Assembly (NCBI RefSeq): GCF_049847425.1
Contig: NZ_JBMHHV010000005.1
Coordinates: forward strand, 1,242,791-1,274,790
DNA length: 32,000 nucleotides
Source: Pseudomonas sp. GWSMS-1
GTDB taxonomy: Bacteria > Pseudomonadota > Gammaproteobacteria > Pseudomonadales > Pseudomonadaceae
Reading direction: 5' to 3'
A program made the translations under genes and the position numbers. This document shows, one piece after another, positions 1 through 9,700 of the stretch. A model generated the notes under the pieces. The model worked only from the letters and a program-made list of their open reading frames with translations, searched no databases and was not told the origin of the DNA. Every line of letters begins with the position of its first letter. Positions within the stretch are counted from its first letter, which is position 1.

Positions 1-1
1 G

Positions 2-559
2 AAACGCCTGTTGCTCAAGGCGCAGCAACTGCAGGCCAGTATTGGCAGCGCCCAGCATGATGACTTCAACACCTTTGACGACGCCCTCAAGGCCGCCGGC
101 AAGCAACAGGGTTTTACGCTGGACGCCAAAGACAAAAAACAACTGACCGATGCCATGAGCTGGAAGAACCCAGCCGCCGCCAAGGTCATCAAGAAAATCC
201 ACAAAACCCCAGCCAAGCCACTGTATGGCTTGTTTGCGGTTAACGGTGAAGTACTGGAATACCAGACCGACAGCGAGCTGCGCGACAACGAGAACGTCGC
301 CCTCGACCCCAGTCAAACGGTTAACGCCATCAACGAAGCCTACTTCCTCAAGGAAGTGCAGCCCCACGTACCCGATGCCTGGATAGATGCCAGCAAGAAG
401 GATGCGAAGGATCAGCAGGTCGGCATCGTCGGTTACGAAATCCCCTTTAACCGGCATTTTTATCAGTACCAACCGCCCCGGGATTTGCTTGAGATCGATG
501 CCGATCTGGATGCCGTGTCCGCCGAGATCATGCAGCTGCTGCAAGAGGTGCATTCGTAA
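2..559 (+). CDS. hsdM: Type I R-M DNA methyltransferase subunit HsdM, C-terminal part (5' end lies outside the window)
   Basis: The frame is open from the window edge. The C-terminal peptide [44 protein letters not shown] matches the conserved HsdM C-terminus as I recall it. hsdS and hsdR follow in the same operon. Confidence 0.8.
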   Translation, partial: KRLLLKAQQLQASIGSAQHDDFNTFDDALKAAGKQQGFTLDAKDKKQLTDAMSWKNPAAAKVIKKIHKTPAKPLYGLFAVNGEVLEYQTDSELRDNENVALDPSQTVNAINEAYFLKEVQPHVPDAWIDASKKDAKDQQVGIVGYEIPFNRHFYQYQPPRDLLEIDADLDAVSAEIMQLLQEVHS

Positions 560-1566
560 TGGCGCCAGTCGTTCAGCCCCATGACTTTGCTGAAGTTGCC
601 CAGCTCATTGATGCGGCGCGTCAGCGCGCCTATCAAGCCGTTAACACCAGCCTGATCGAGCTTTACTGGCAGGTGGGTGGGTATATCAGCGGCAAGTTGG
701 CCGCCGCCGAGTGGGGCGATGGCGTGGTCGAGCAACTGGCACGCCATCTGGCGCTCACGCAGCCTGGCCTGAGAGGTTTTACCCGCCCTAATTTGTTTCG
801 CATGCGCCAGTTTTATGAGGCTTATCAAGGCGATGAAATTGTCTCGCCACTGGTGAGACAATTGCCATGGACGCACAATCTGATCATCCTCAGCCAGAGC
901 AAGCGGCCTGAAGAACGTGAGTTCTACCTGAAAATGGCCATTACCGAGCGCTGGAGCAAGCGTGAGTTGGAGCGCCAGTTCAATAACGCCCTGTTTGAAC
1001 GCGTGGTACTTAACCCGCTAAAAGTGTCGCCGGTGGTGGCGCACTTACACCCGCAAGCCCTCGATGTGTTTAAAGACAGCTATGTGATGGAGTTTCTGCA
1101 ACTGCCGGCTGGCCATAGCGAGGCCGACTTGCAGCGTGGCTTGTTGAGTAAGCTCAAGCAGTTTTTGCTGGAACTGGGCAGCGACTTTTGCTTTGTTGGC
1201 TCGGAGTTTCCCTTGCAGGTGGGCAAGCAGGACTTTGCCCTCGACTTGTTGTTTTACCACCGCAGTCTTAATTGCCTGGTTGCCATTGAGCTGAAGGTGA
1301 CGCGTTTCGCGCCAGAGCATTTAGGCAAACTCAGTTTCTACCTCGAAGCCCTTGACCGCGACCACCGCAAGCCCCACGAAAACCCCGCCATTGGCGTGTT
1401 GCTCTGTGCCAGCAAGGATGAAGAAGTGGTCGAATACGCCCTCAGCCGCTCGCTGTCACCGGCCTTGATTGCCGAGTACCAGACCCAGTTGCCGGATAAA
1501 AAACTGCTGCAAGCCAAACTGCACGAGTTTTATGCGCTGAATATCGACGCAGGAGAGCAGTCATAA
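559..1566 (+). CDS. DUF1016/YhcG-like PD-(D/E)xK nuclease-fold protein nested between hsdM and hsdS
   Basis: The ATG shares the last A of the hsdM TAA stop (TAATG at 557-561). 335 aa. The core DLLFYHRSLNCLVAIELKV fits a D...E-x-K nuclease motif. This family is commonly embedded in type I R-M loci. Confidence 0.7.
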   Translation: MAPVVQPHDFAEVAQLIDAARQRAYQAVNTSLIELYWQVGGYISGKLAAAEWGDGVVEQLARHLALTQPGLRGFTRPNLFRMRQFYEAYQGDEIVSPLVRQLPWTHNLIILSQSKRPEEREFYLKMAITERWSKRELERQFNNALFERVVLNPLKVSPVVAHLHPQALDVFKDSYVMEFLQLPAGHSEADLQRGLLSKLKQFLLELGSDFCFVGSEFPLQVGKQDFALDLLFYHRSLNCLVAIELKVTRFAPEHLGKLSFYLEALDRDHRKPHENPAIGVLLCASKDEEVVEYALSRSLSPALIAEYQTQLPDKKLLQAKLHEFYALNIDAGEQS

Positions 1567-2912
1567 TGACGGGCAATTATCGGGCTTATCCTGAGTATAA
1601 AGATTCGGGTATTGAGTGGCTGGGGGACGTGCCCGAACACTGGGGAAACGTGCCAATAAAATACATGGCGCTTGAAAGTGAGTCTCTATTTCTTGATGGC
1701 GACTGGATTGAAAGCAAAGATATATCTGGAGAAGGAATTCGTTACATTACAACGGGCAATGTAACGAATGGCAAGTACAGGGAGCAGGGTGCTGGATATA
1801 TAACAGAGGATACTTTTCTTAAGCTAAATTGCACTGAGGTGCTTGAGGGTGATGTACTAATAGCAAGACTGAATGATCCGATCGGCAGAGCTTGCATTGT
1901 ACCTAATCTAGAATCGAAAATAGTAACGTCTGTAGATAACGTTATTTTTAGACCTGACAAAAAATATCAAAAAAACTATCTGGTTCATCTATTTAGCAGT
2001 GAGGGCTATTTTAGGCATACGGGCAATTTGGCTCGAGGTGCAACCATGCAACGCATCAGTCGAGGGCTGCTGGGTAATATTCGAATTGTTACCCCTCTCT
2101 TTGAAGAGCAAGAAAAGATCGCCAACTTCCTCGATCACGAAACCGCCAAAATCGACACGCTGATCGAAAAACAACAGCAGCTTATCCAACTGCTAAAAGA
2201 AAAACGTCAGGCCGTGATTAGCCATGCCGTCACCAAAGGCCTCTCTTCATTAAACGGCGGGCCCAACGCCAAGATGCGCGACTCGGGTGTTGAGTGGCTG
2301 GGGGAAGTGCCGGAGCATTGGAAGGTCAGCCCGATAAAGTGGTATTCAAGTATTAAAAGCGGTGAAAATCTGCCGGCGAACGAAATTGAATCTATTAAGG
2401 ACGAAGAGTTTTGCTATCCGGTATATGGTGGTAATGGAATTCTTGGGTATGCCAAGAAATCCAACCTTAAAACCACGGCAATTGTAATTGGTCGTGTTGG
2501 AGCGCTCTGCGGCAACGTTCATAAGACTGAAGAATTGTCTTGGATAAGTGATAATGCACTTATTTTAAATGTAAATGCTTCGGTTTTTAGCTTTGATTAT
2601 ATCGCCTTATGTCTCGAGGTAAGAGATCTGAACAAGTTGGCAGATAAAAATGCCCAGCCCTTGATTACCGGGACCAAAGTAACAAACGAATATGTTCCGA
2701 TTCCTCCAGTCGATGAGCAGCGTGAGATTGAGGGTCGTGTTATTGGAATGATGAGGCATTTTGAAGTTCTATCCTCTCAGGCTGAAACTGGAATAGCTTT
2801 ACTCCAAGAGCGTCGCACCGCCCTAATCTCCGCCGCCGTCACCGGCAAAATCGACGTCAGAGACTGGGTCGCGCCGCAAACCAGTCCAACCCACAAGGAA
2901 GTTGCCGCATGA
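1566..2912 (+). CDS. hsdS: Type I R-M specificity subunit HsdS
   Basis: Duplicated half-architecture: GIEWLGDVPEHWGNVPIKY and GVEWLGEVPEHWKVSPIKW each precede an AT-richer variable target-recognition domain. Conserved spacer helices are FEEQEKIANFLDHETAKIDTLIEKQQQLIQLLKEKRQAVISHAVTKGL and ALLQERRTALISAAVTGKIDVRDW. Confidence 0.9.
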   Translation: MTGNYRAYPEYKDSGIEWLGDVPEHWGNVPIKYMALESESLFLDGDWIESKDISGEGIRYITTGNVTNGKYREQGAGYITEDTFLKLNCTEVLEGDVLIARLNDPIGRACIVPNLESKIVTSVDNVIFRPDKKYQKNYLVHLFSSEGYFRHTGNLARGATMQRISRGLLGNIRIVTPLFEEQEKIANFLDHETAKIDTLIEKQQQLIQLLKEKRQAVISHAVTKGLSSLNGGPNAKMRDSGVEWLGEVPEHWKVSPIKWYSSIKSGENLPANEIESIKDEEFCYPVYGGNGILGYAKKSNLKTTAIVIGRVGALCGNVHKTEELSWISDNALILNVNASVFSFDYIALCLEVRDLNKLADKNAQPLITGTKVTNEYVPIPPVDEQREIEGRVIGMMRHFEVLSSQAETGIALLQERRTALISAAVTGKIDVRDWVAPQTSPTHKEVAA

Positions 2913-3016
2913 ATGCATTGGCGGGCGGTAAGGCCAACGAGCTGACGTTCCAGAACGACATGCTCAAACACTTGCTGGCCAACGGCTGGCTGCTGGGTAA
3001 GGCGTTGGCGGTGTGA
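2909..3016 (+). pseudogene. 35-codon stub that is a diverged duplicate of the hsdR 5' end
   Basis: It translates to MNALAGGKANELTFQNDMLKHLLANGWLLGKALAV*. Real HsdR starts MSKAGELTFQNDMLKHLLANGWLLGKAEHY at 6739. By hand alignment, nt 2930-3004 versus 6745-6819 match at 64 of 75 positions, with mostly third-codon differences. Confidence 0.7.
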
Positions 3017-4613
3017 GCGACGCAGATGCGGTAGCCGTTGCCACAAAAACGCTGGGCGAGCTAATCCAGCGCCCCTTGGCCATCCCCGAATACCAACGCC
3101 GCTATTGCTGGGGGTCAGAGCAGGTTGCGTTGTTATTAGCGGACATCGAGCAGCAGTTCAAACCACTCGACGCAGACAAGCGCGACGCACAGCCAGCACC
3201 GCTGTTTCTAGGCACGCTAATCCTGCACCAAGAAGCGGCCACTGCTGCTACGCCGGTTCAGGACGCTTGCTTGGTCGATGGTCAGCAGCGCTGTTTAACC
3301 CTGGTGTTGCTGCTGCATGCGCTGGGGATGAATGGGCCAGCAGTCGAAAAGTTGCTGCAAGGGCAGTTCACTGACAGCCAGTCGCAGCAGAGCTTGGCGG
3401 CTAACTTTGCGCATATTAAGCGTTTCCTGACGACCGAGCCCGGCATCAGGCTGCAAGCCGGCAAGCAAGAGTTGCTGTATAAGTTGCAGTTTGTGGTGAT
3501 CAGCATCACCTCGATCGACCAAGCCTTTGCTTTTTTTGACAGCCAAAACACCTCCGGCAAACGCCTCAGCGACTTTGACTTGCTCAAGGCCAGGCACTTG
3601 CGTGCGGTGGTTTCCGACGACAGCGTGGGCATTGGTTGCTCGCATCTGTGGGAGGCCTATGAGCAGCAAAAGGTCGGTAATGGCCAGCGCTTGGCGTATT
3701 TTTTGACCGAGCAAATTCTGGCGCGTACCCGCATTCGCCAACGCGGGAAAAAAGTCGACGACTTGCAGCTGGTCAAGGAGTTCGCGGTACAACTGCCCAA
3801 ACCGGACCCGGCAGCTAAAGGCCCAAAGACCATCCAGCTTTCGCCTCCCACGGCCGTGAGCTTTTATCGCGACTGGCAAGTGCGCTATGAGGGCTGCCAA
3901 GCTGGGGCTGATGCGTTCACATTCACTACCCAAGAGAATCGTGACGCCAGAATTCAGCTCAAAGAAACCGACCTGCAGCGTCTGCCGCTACAGCTCCATC
4001 AGCCGCTATTGGGTGGCGAGCAGTTCTTTTTTATATCGGCAAATACACCGAGTTGTATAAGCAGCATTTCCCGCTGGATATTACTGCGGACGAGCTAAAG
4101 ACGGCTGAGCGGTCACCAACAAGCGAAACAGTGCATGGGGGCTTGCTGCAGCTGCATCGCCGGGTTGAACAAGGGCAAAGTGCCGGTTACTCACGACTAA
4201 TCGAAATATGGCTGGCGATGCTGGTGTTTTATCTGGATCGCTTTGCTCAGGATGAGCGCTTTGCAGTCTTTGCTGCGCTGGCCGATCAATACGTGTTCAG
4301 TCTGCGTATTAGCGCCGGCTCGTTGCGCCGTAGCACGGTGGAAAATCACTTCGCGGATCGGCATGTTTTTGCTGATTTACTGCAGTGCCCGTCCTCGTTG
4401 CAGGCTGTGGCACTGATCGAAAAACTGAGTGCCAAGCAGGCTCAAGTGCTAGAGCAGTTCGATGAGACTGACGTGAAAAATGCCAAAAAGAGCCCCGTAA
4501 TACATCGGTATATAAACACGTTCAAAAGCCACTATTCAGCAGGCAAGGGCGCCCATGCAGAGCATCGCAGCGCACTCGCCACGGTACTGCAAAATACGTT
4601 TTTTCAAGGATGA
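3013..4613 (+). pseudogene. DUF262 (GmrS-like, ParB-fold) protein without a recognisable HNH domain, split by a 1-nt frameshift in a T6 tract
   Basis: DUF262 motifs are present: IPEYQRRYCW and LVDGQQRC. Frame 1 ends ...LLGGEQFFF and then runs into a stop at 4098. The next frame reads YIGKYTELYKQHFPLD directly from the T run at 4027-4032 and continues to 4613. One extra T would fuse them into about 533 aa. The start is a GTG at 3013. Confidence 0.65.
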
Positions 4614-6742
4614 AGAGCATGCCTAGCCCCGCTCACGAACTGACCGCGAATAAGTACAGTGCGCAGCGCATTACCTATGGCAGCGCTGCTGAAGGTGCTG
4701 AAGGTATACCTGCATTGGTCCAGGCCTTTCTGATCCCGATCTACCAGCGCTTATACACCTGGGAAGCTCAGCATGTTGACTGTCTACTCAGCGATTTGTG
4801 GGAGGCTTGCCAGCAAGAAGCTGCGGCTGAGTACTTTATTGGCGCGGTGGTTGTTAGCCCCGCAACTGGTGGCCTGGAGCTGATCGACGGTCAGCAGCGC
4901 ATGACCACCCTATGGCTGATTGCCTCAGTGCTGGTGACTGCGCCAGGCCTAATTGAGGACTCAAAAAAGCAGTGGCAGACGTTTATGAAGGCTGGTGCTG
5001 GCCCACGCTTGAACTTCTCTGGTCGCAAGCAAGACAAGGATGCACTAGCAGGCTTTATGAGGCACTGGCAGTGCGGTTGTAAATCTCCTTCGTGTAGCTC
5101 GCAATGCAATGGCTGGCTGAAAAATGAGGCGATGATTGTTGCGCGCAAAACCATCATCAACTTCATAAACAAGCTCGCCAAGCCGCCGCAACCAGAAAAT
5201 CTGGCGACCACAGCTTCAGGGCTGCAGACGTTCAGTGACTATTTGTGGGCTAAGGCCACCTTTGTGGTTACCACTCTGCACAGTGCAACCGACAAAAATC
5301 GCTTCTTCGACAGCATGAACAGTCGCGGTGTGCAGTTGGAAAAGCATGAAATTCTAAAGGCACGTTTGCTCAACGGTATGCAAGAGAGCGAGCGGCTGGT
5401 TTACGCCTGGGCGTGGGATATCTGCGCCGACATCAATGGTTATGTGAAAGGTAGCGTGCAGGCCGACCTCGACTATGGGCGAGGCGCTATGAATATCGAC
5501 ACTCAGCTATTGAGTGGCGTACATGCCAAGGCGTTAGGGGAAAAGGGCACTGGCGAAGGCGCAGCGCGGACGCTAGAGGCCATACTCGGCAGCGAAGGCC
5601 TGAAAGCCAATGTTGTCAGTACAGATGACAAGGTATCCGTGGGGCATAAAAGCCTGGTCAGTTTTCCGGTGTTCTTGCTGCATGTGTTGCGGGTGTTTCT
5701 CGGCACAGACAGTGCGGGTGCCAACGTGTCAGTCGATCATAAAAAGCTGATTGCTGAATTTGACGAGCACTTTCGCGCTGGGGGCGAGGAAAAGCCACTG
5801 GCGGACAAAGCCCAGTGCAAAGCTTTTATCCATTGCCTGCTGCGCTGCCGCCTGCTTATGGACAACTTTATAATTAAAGGCCATATCGATGAGGGCAGTA
5901 ATGCGGCAGTGCGGTGGGAGATCGCCTCGGCTTTAGCTGGTGATCCCGCCAAGAAGGAGCGTGCCAAGCGTAGGGGCAAAGAGTGGGGCTCCATCAGCAT
6001 GTTGCAAAGCATGATGTATTTCAGCCAAGACCTAACCCGCGCACCCTGGCTGACACAAACGCTTAAAGATTTGTGCAAGCCAGAGGCTGTGCTTGCTGAT
6101 GCCAGCGCAATTCTCAAAGCGTTAAAACAGCAAGACGCAAACTATGCGAAAGCAACGCTTAGAGGTAAGACCTTGCATGAGGTGCTGGGTCTTGCTGTAC
6201 CGAATGCTGACGAGTCGAATGCTGCTAAGCCGAATGTTACCGAGTCGAATGCTACCGATAAGGAGGCTAACGGCTTAGGCACCGACACTGCGCATTACTG
6301 GTTTTACAAGCTGGAATATTTGCTGTGGGAGAAGTGGTTTAACTCCGAGGATGCTCGCGATAAAGCATCGAAACCTGATCTTTTGAAAATAGGCGCCGCT
6401 ATCTATCGCATGCGCCATGTGACCTCGGTTGAGCACGTCAGCCCGCAAAGTAAGAATACCGGCAAGATTTCGCAGCTGGATCGCTTTGGCAACCTGGCCT
6501 TGCTGTCTATTGGCGAGAACTCAAGTTACAGCGATAAAGACCCCGTAGAGAAAAGGGGCGCATTTCAGGCGAGTCTTGGGCGTGAGTTTATTCAATCGTT
6601 GAAATTGGCGCATGTATTTTCAGCGGAACACGGCTCTGAGTGGGCTTGGAGCGATATCACGATGGGTACGCATGAGGATGCCATGATGGGCATTTTGATC
6701 GCGGCACATCCGCAGTTAATGCAAGGAGCGGAAACCGCATGA
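4610..6742 (+). CDS. DUF262 + DUF1524 (HNH-like) protein, GmrSD-family type IV restriction-like enzyme
   Basis: The N-terminal half has IPIYQRLYTW and LIDGQQRMTTL (DUF262). The C-terminal half has VEHVSPQS...FGNLALLSIGENSSYSDK (His-Me/HNH-like DUF1524 pattern). ATGA overlaps occur at both ends (4610-4613 and 6739-6742). Confidence 0.8.
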   Translation: MKSMPSPAHELTANKYSAQRITYGSAAEGAEGIPALVQAFLIPIYQRLYTWEAQHVDCLLSDLWEACQQEAAAEYFIGAVVVSPATGGLELIDGQQRMTTLWLIASVLVTAPGLIEDSKKQWQTFMKAGAGPRLNFSGRKQDKDALAGFMRHWQCGCKSPSCSSQCNGWLKNEAMIVARKTIINFINKLAKPPQPENLATTASGLQTFSDYLWAKATFVVTTLHSATDKNRFFDSMNSRGVQLEKHEILKARLLNGMQESERLVYAWAWDICADINGYVKGSVQADLDYGRGAMNIDTQLLSGVHAKALGEKGTGEGAARTLEAILGSEGLKANVVSTDDKVSVGHKSLVSFPVFLLHVLRVFLGTDSAGANVSVDHKKLIAEFDEHFRAGGEEKPLADKAQCKAFIHCLLRCRLLMDNFIIKGHIDEGSNAAVRWEIASALAGDPAKKERAKRRGKEWGSISMLQSMMYFSQDLTRAPWLTQTLKDLCKPEAVLADASAILKALKQQDANYAKATLRGKTLHEVLGLAVPNADESNAAKPNVTESNATDKEANGLGTDTAHYWFYKLEYLLWEKWFNSEDARDKASKPDLLKIGAAIYRMRHVTSVEHVSPQSKNTGKISQLDRFGNLALLSIGENSSYSDKDPVEKRGAFQASLGREFIQSLKLAHVFSAEHGSEWAWSDITMGTHEDAMMGILIAAHPQLMQGAETA

Positions 6743-9700
6743 GCAAGGCCGGCGAACTGACCTTTCAAAACGACATGCTTAAACACTTGTTGGCCAACGG
6801 CTGGTTGCTGGGCAAGGCAGAGCACTACAACCGTGGACTGGCCCTGTACCCGGAAGACTTGCTCGGTTTTGTACAAGAAACCCAGGATGAGCAATGGCAG
6901 AAATTTTGCGCGCTGTACCCCAGCAACCCCGAGCAGCACTTTCTCGAACGGGTCGCCAGCCAGCTGGATAAAACCGACCCCAATGCCGCCAGCAAAGACA
7001 TGCGCACTTACGGCACTCTGGGTGTATTGCGCCATGAGCTACGCCACCGAGGCACGCGGTTTAGCCTGTGTCAGTTTAAGCCCGAACATGATCTGAACCC
7101 GGATACCTTGGCGCGCTACGCCAAGAATCGCTGCCGGGTGGTTCCGGAGCTGGTGTATTCCCCTTGGGCCACGCAAGAGCACTTGGAACTTACCGGCAGC
7201 AAAGCCAAAGCCTGGCGGATTGACCTGGTGTTGTTTGTAAATGGTTTGCCGGTGGCCACGCTAGAGCTGAAATCGGAATTCAAGCAGGCCGTGCACAACG
7301 CCATCAAGCAATACAAGACCACCCGTTTTGCTATCGACCCCGTGACCAAAAAGCCCGAACCGCTGCTGACCTTTAAACGCGGTGCGCTGGTGCATTTTGC
7401 CGTCAGCCAGTACGAGGTCTATATGGCCACGCGGCTGGAAGGCGCGGCGACTTACTTTTTGCCGTTTAACAAGGGCACCACGGCGGGCGGTGCCGGTAAC
7501 GATGTGCCGGCCGACCTGAATCAGTACGCCACTGATTACCTGTGGAACGAGGTGTTGCTGCCGAGCAACTTACTGGCGATTCTCGGCCGATTTGTGCACC
7601 TGCAAATCGAAGAGAAAGAAGATTGGGAAGGGCGTAAATACAAAAAAGAAAGCCTGATTTTCCCACGTTATCACCAGTGGGATGTGGTGAATAAGCTGGT
7701 TAACGCGGCGCGCAGCGAAGGGCCGGGGCATAAGTACCTGATCCAGCACAGCGCCGGCTCGGGTAAGTCCAACTCGATTGCGTGGGTCGCCCACCAGCTG
7801 TCGTCGATCTACAACGACCAGGGCGGCAAGCAGTTCAACTCGGTGATTGTGGTGACCGACCGCACCGTGCTGGACGACCAACTGCAAGACACCATCAATC
7901 AGTTTGAGCACGTCGACGGCGCCGTCGGCCGGATCAATAACAAGGAGGGGGACGGCTCCAAGTCGGAGAAGCTCGCGGCGGCGTTGGAAAACTCGCAGCC
8001 GATTATTATCGTCACCATCCAGACCTTCCCCTACGTGCTGCGCGCCATCGAGAACAGTGTCAGCCTGAAAACCCGCAGCTACGCAATCATTGCCGACGAA
8101 GCGCACTCCTCACAAACCGGCTCAACGGCGCGGCAGCTGAAAGAAGTGCTGATGATCGAGGCCAAGGCCGATGGTGAGGATGAACTCAGCTCTGAGGACA
8201 TTCTCGATGCCGCCGTGGCCTCACGCAAAGCCTCAAAAAATCTCAGCTACTTTGCCTTTACCGCCACGCCAAAAACCAAGACGTTGGAGTTGTTTGGCCG
8301 CTTGCCTAAGCCTGCCGAGCAACCGTCGAAAACCAATAAGCCCGAGGCCTATCATGTGTACAGCATGCGTCAGGCCATCGAAGAGGGCTTTATTCTCGAC
8401 GTGCTGAAGAACTACACCAACTACAAAGTGGCCTACAACCTGGCGCAAAAAATCGACAAGGCCGATCAGGAGGTCGAAAGCAAAAAAGCCAAGGTTAAGC
8501 TCAACCAGTGGGTGCGCCTACACGAGTACAACATCGCGCAGAAGGTGCAGGTAATCGTTGAGCACTTTCGCAGCAACGTCATGGGCTTGCTGGGCGGGCA
8601 AGCCAAGGCCATGGTGGTGACGAGCTCGCGCAAAGAAGCGGTGCGCTACAAGCTGTGTTTCGACAAATACATCGTCGACAAGGGTTACCAGAAGATCCAT
8701 GCCATGGTGGCGTTCTCGGGTGAGGTGGAATTCACCGAGAAAGACCCAAACGCAGTCGCGCTGCTGGGCAACAAATACACCGAGAGCAACATGAACCCCA
8801 ACCTCAAAGGCCGCGACATGCGCAAAGCCTTTGATAGCGACGATTATCAAGTGATGATCGTGGCCAACAAGTTTCAGACCGGCTTCGATCAGCCCAAACT
8901 CTGCGCTATGTACGTGGACAAAAAGCTCGGCGGTGTGGAGTGCGTACAGACCCTGTCGCGGCTCAATCGTACCTATCCGGGCAAGGCCGAAGTTGGCACC
9001 TTCATCCTGGATTTCTTCAACGAGCCACAGGAAATCCTCGACTCGTTCCAGCCGTATTTTCAGACGGCAGAGCTGGCGGATGTGTCCAACCCCGACTTGA
9101 TCTTCGACCTGTTTGAGAAGCTCAACGCGGCGGGCATTTATAAGTCGAGCGAGATTGAGCAGTTCTGCACGGCCTTCTTCGTCAAAAACAAAAGCAATGC
9201 GGCGATTGCCAATATTTGCAAGCCCGCGGTCGAGCGCTGGACCAAGCGTTACAAACTGGCCGTTGAGGCCTACGCGCACTCAAAAGAGATTTTTGAACGG
9301 ATTAAAAAGACTCAGGACCCGGTGTTGATCGCCAATGCTGAAAACGACCTGAAGCAATGCAAGCAAGCCAAGGACGCCCTGGATATCTTCAAAAAGGATT
9401 TGGGCACCTTCGTGCGCTTCTATGAATTCATGTCGCAGATCGTCGATTACGACGACAAACAGCTGGAAAAGCTCAGCCTGTATGCGCGCAACCTCAGCCC
9501 AATGCTGCGCGAAAGCGCAGTGGATGAGGATGATATTGATCTGGACAGCATCGTGCTCAGCCATTACCGGGTGTCGAAAATACGCCAGCAAGACCTCAAG
9601 CTAAAAGAAGACTCGCCTGACTACAAACTGCTGCCTGGCGAGGGGCTTGGCTCCGCCACGGCCAAAGACAAGAAGGAAGAGCTGCTCTCGCAGATAGTAG

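Noticed and set aside
7570-9279. Long minus-strand ORFs (7570-8106, 8518-9279 and others) inside hsdR
   Set aside because: They are antisense to a 1082-aa gene with helicase and nuclease motifs. They are typical GC-rich shadow frames.
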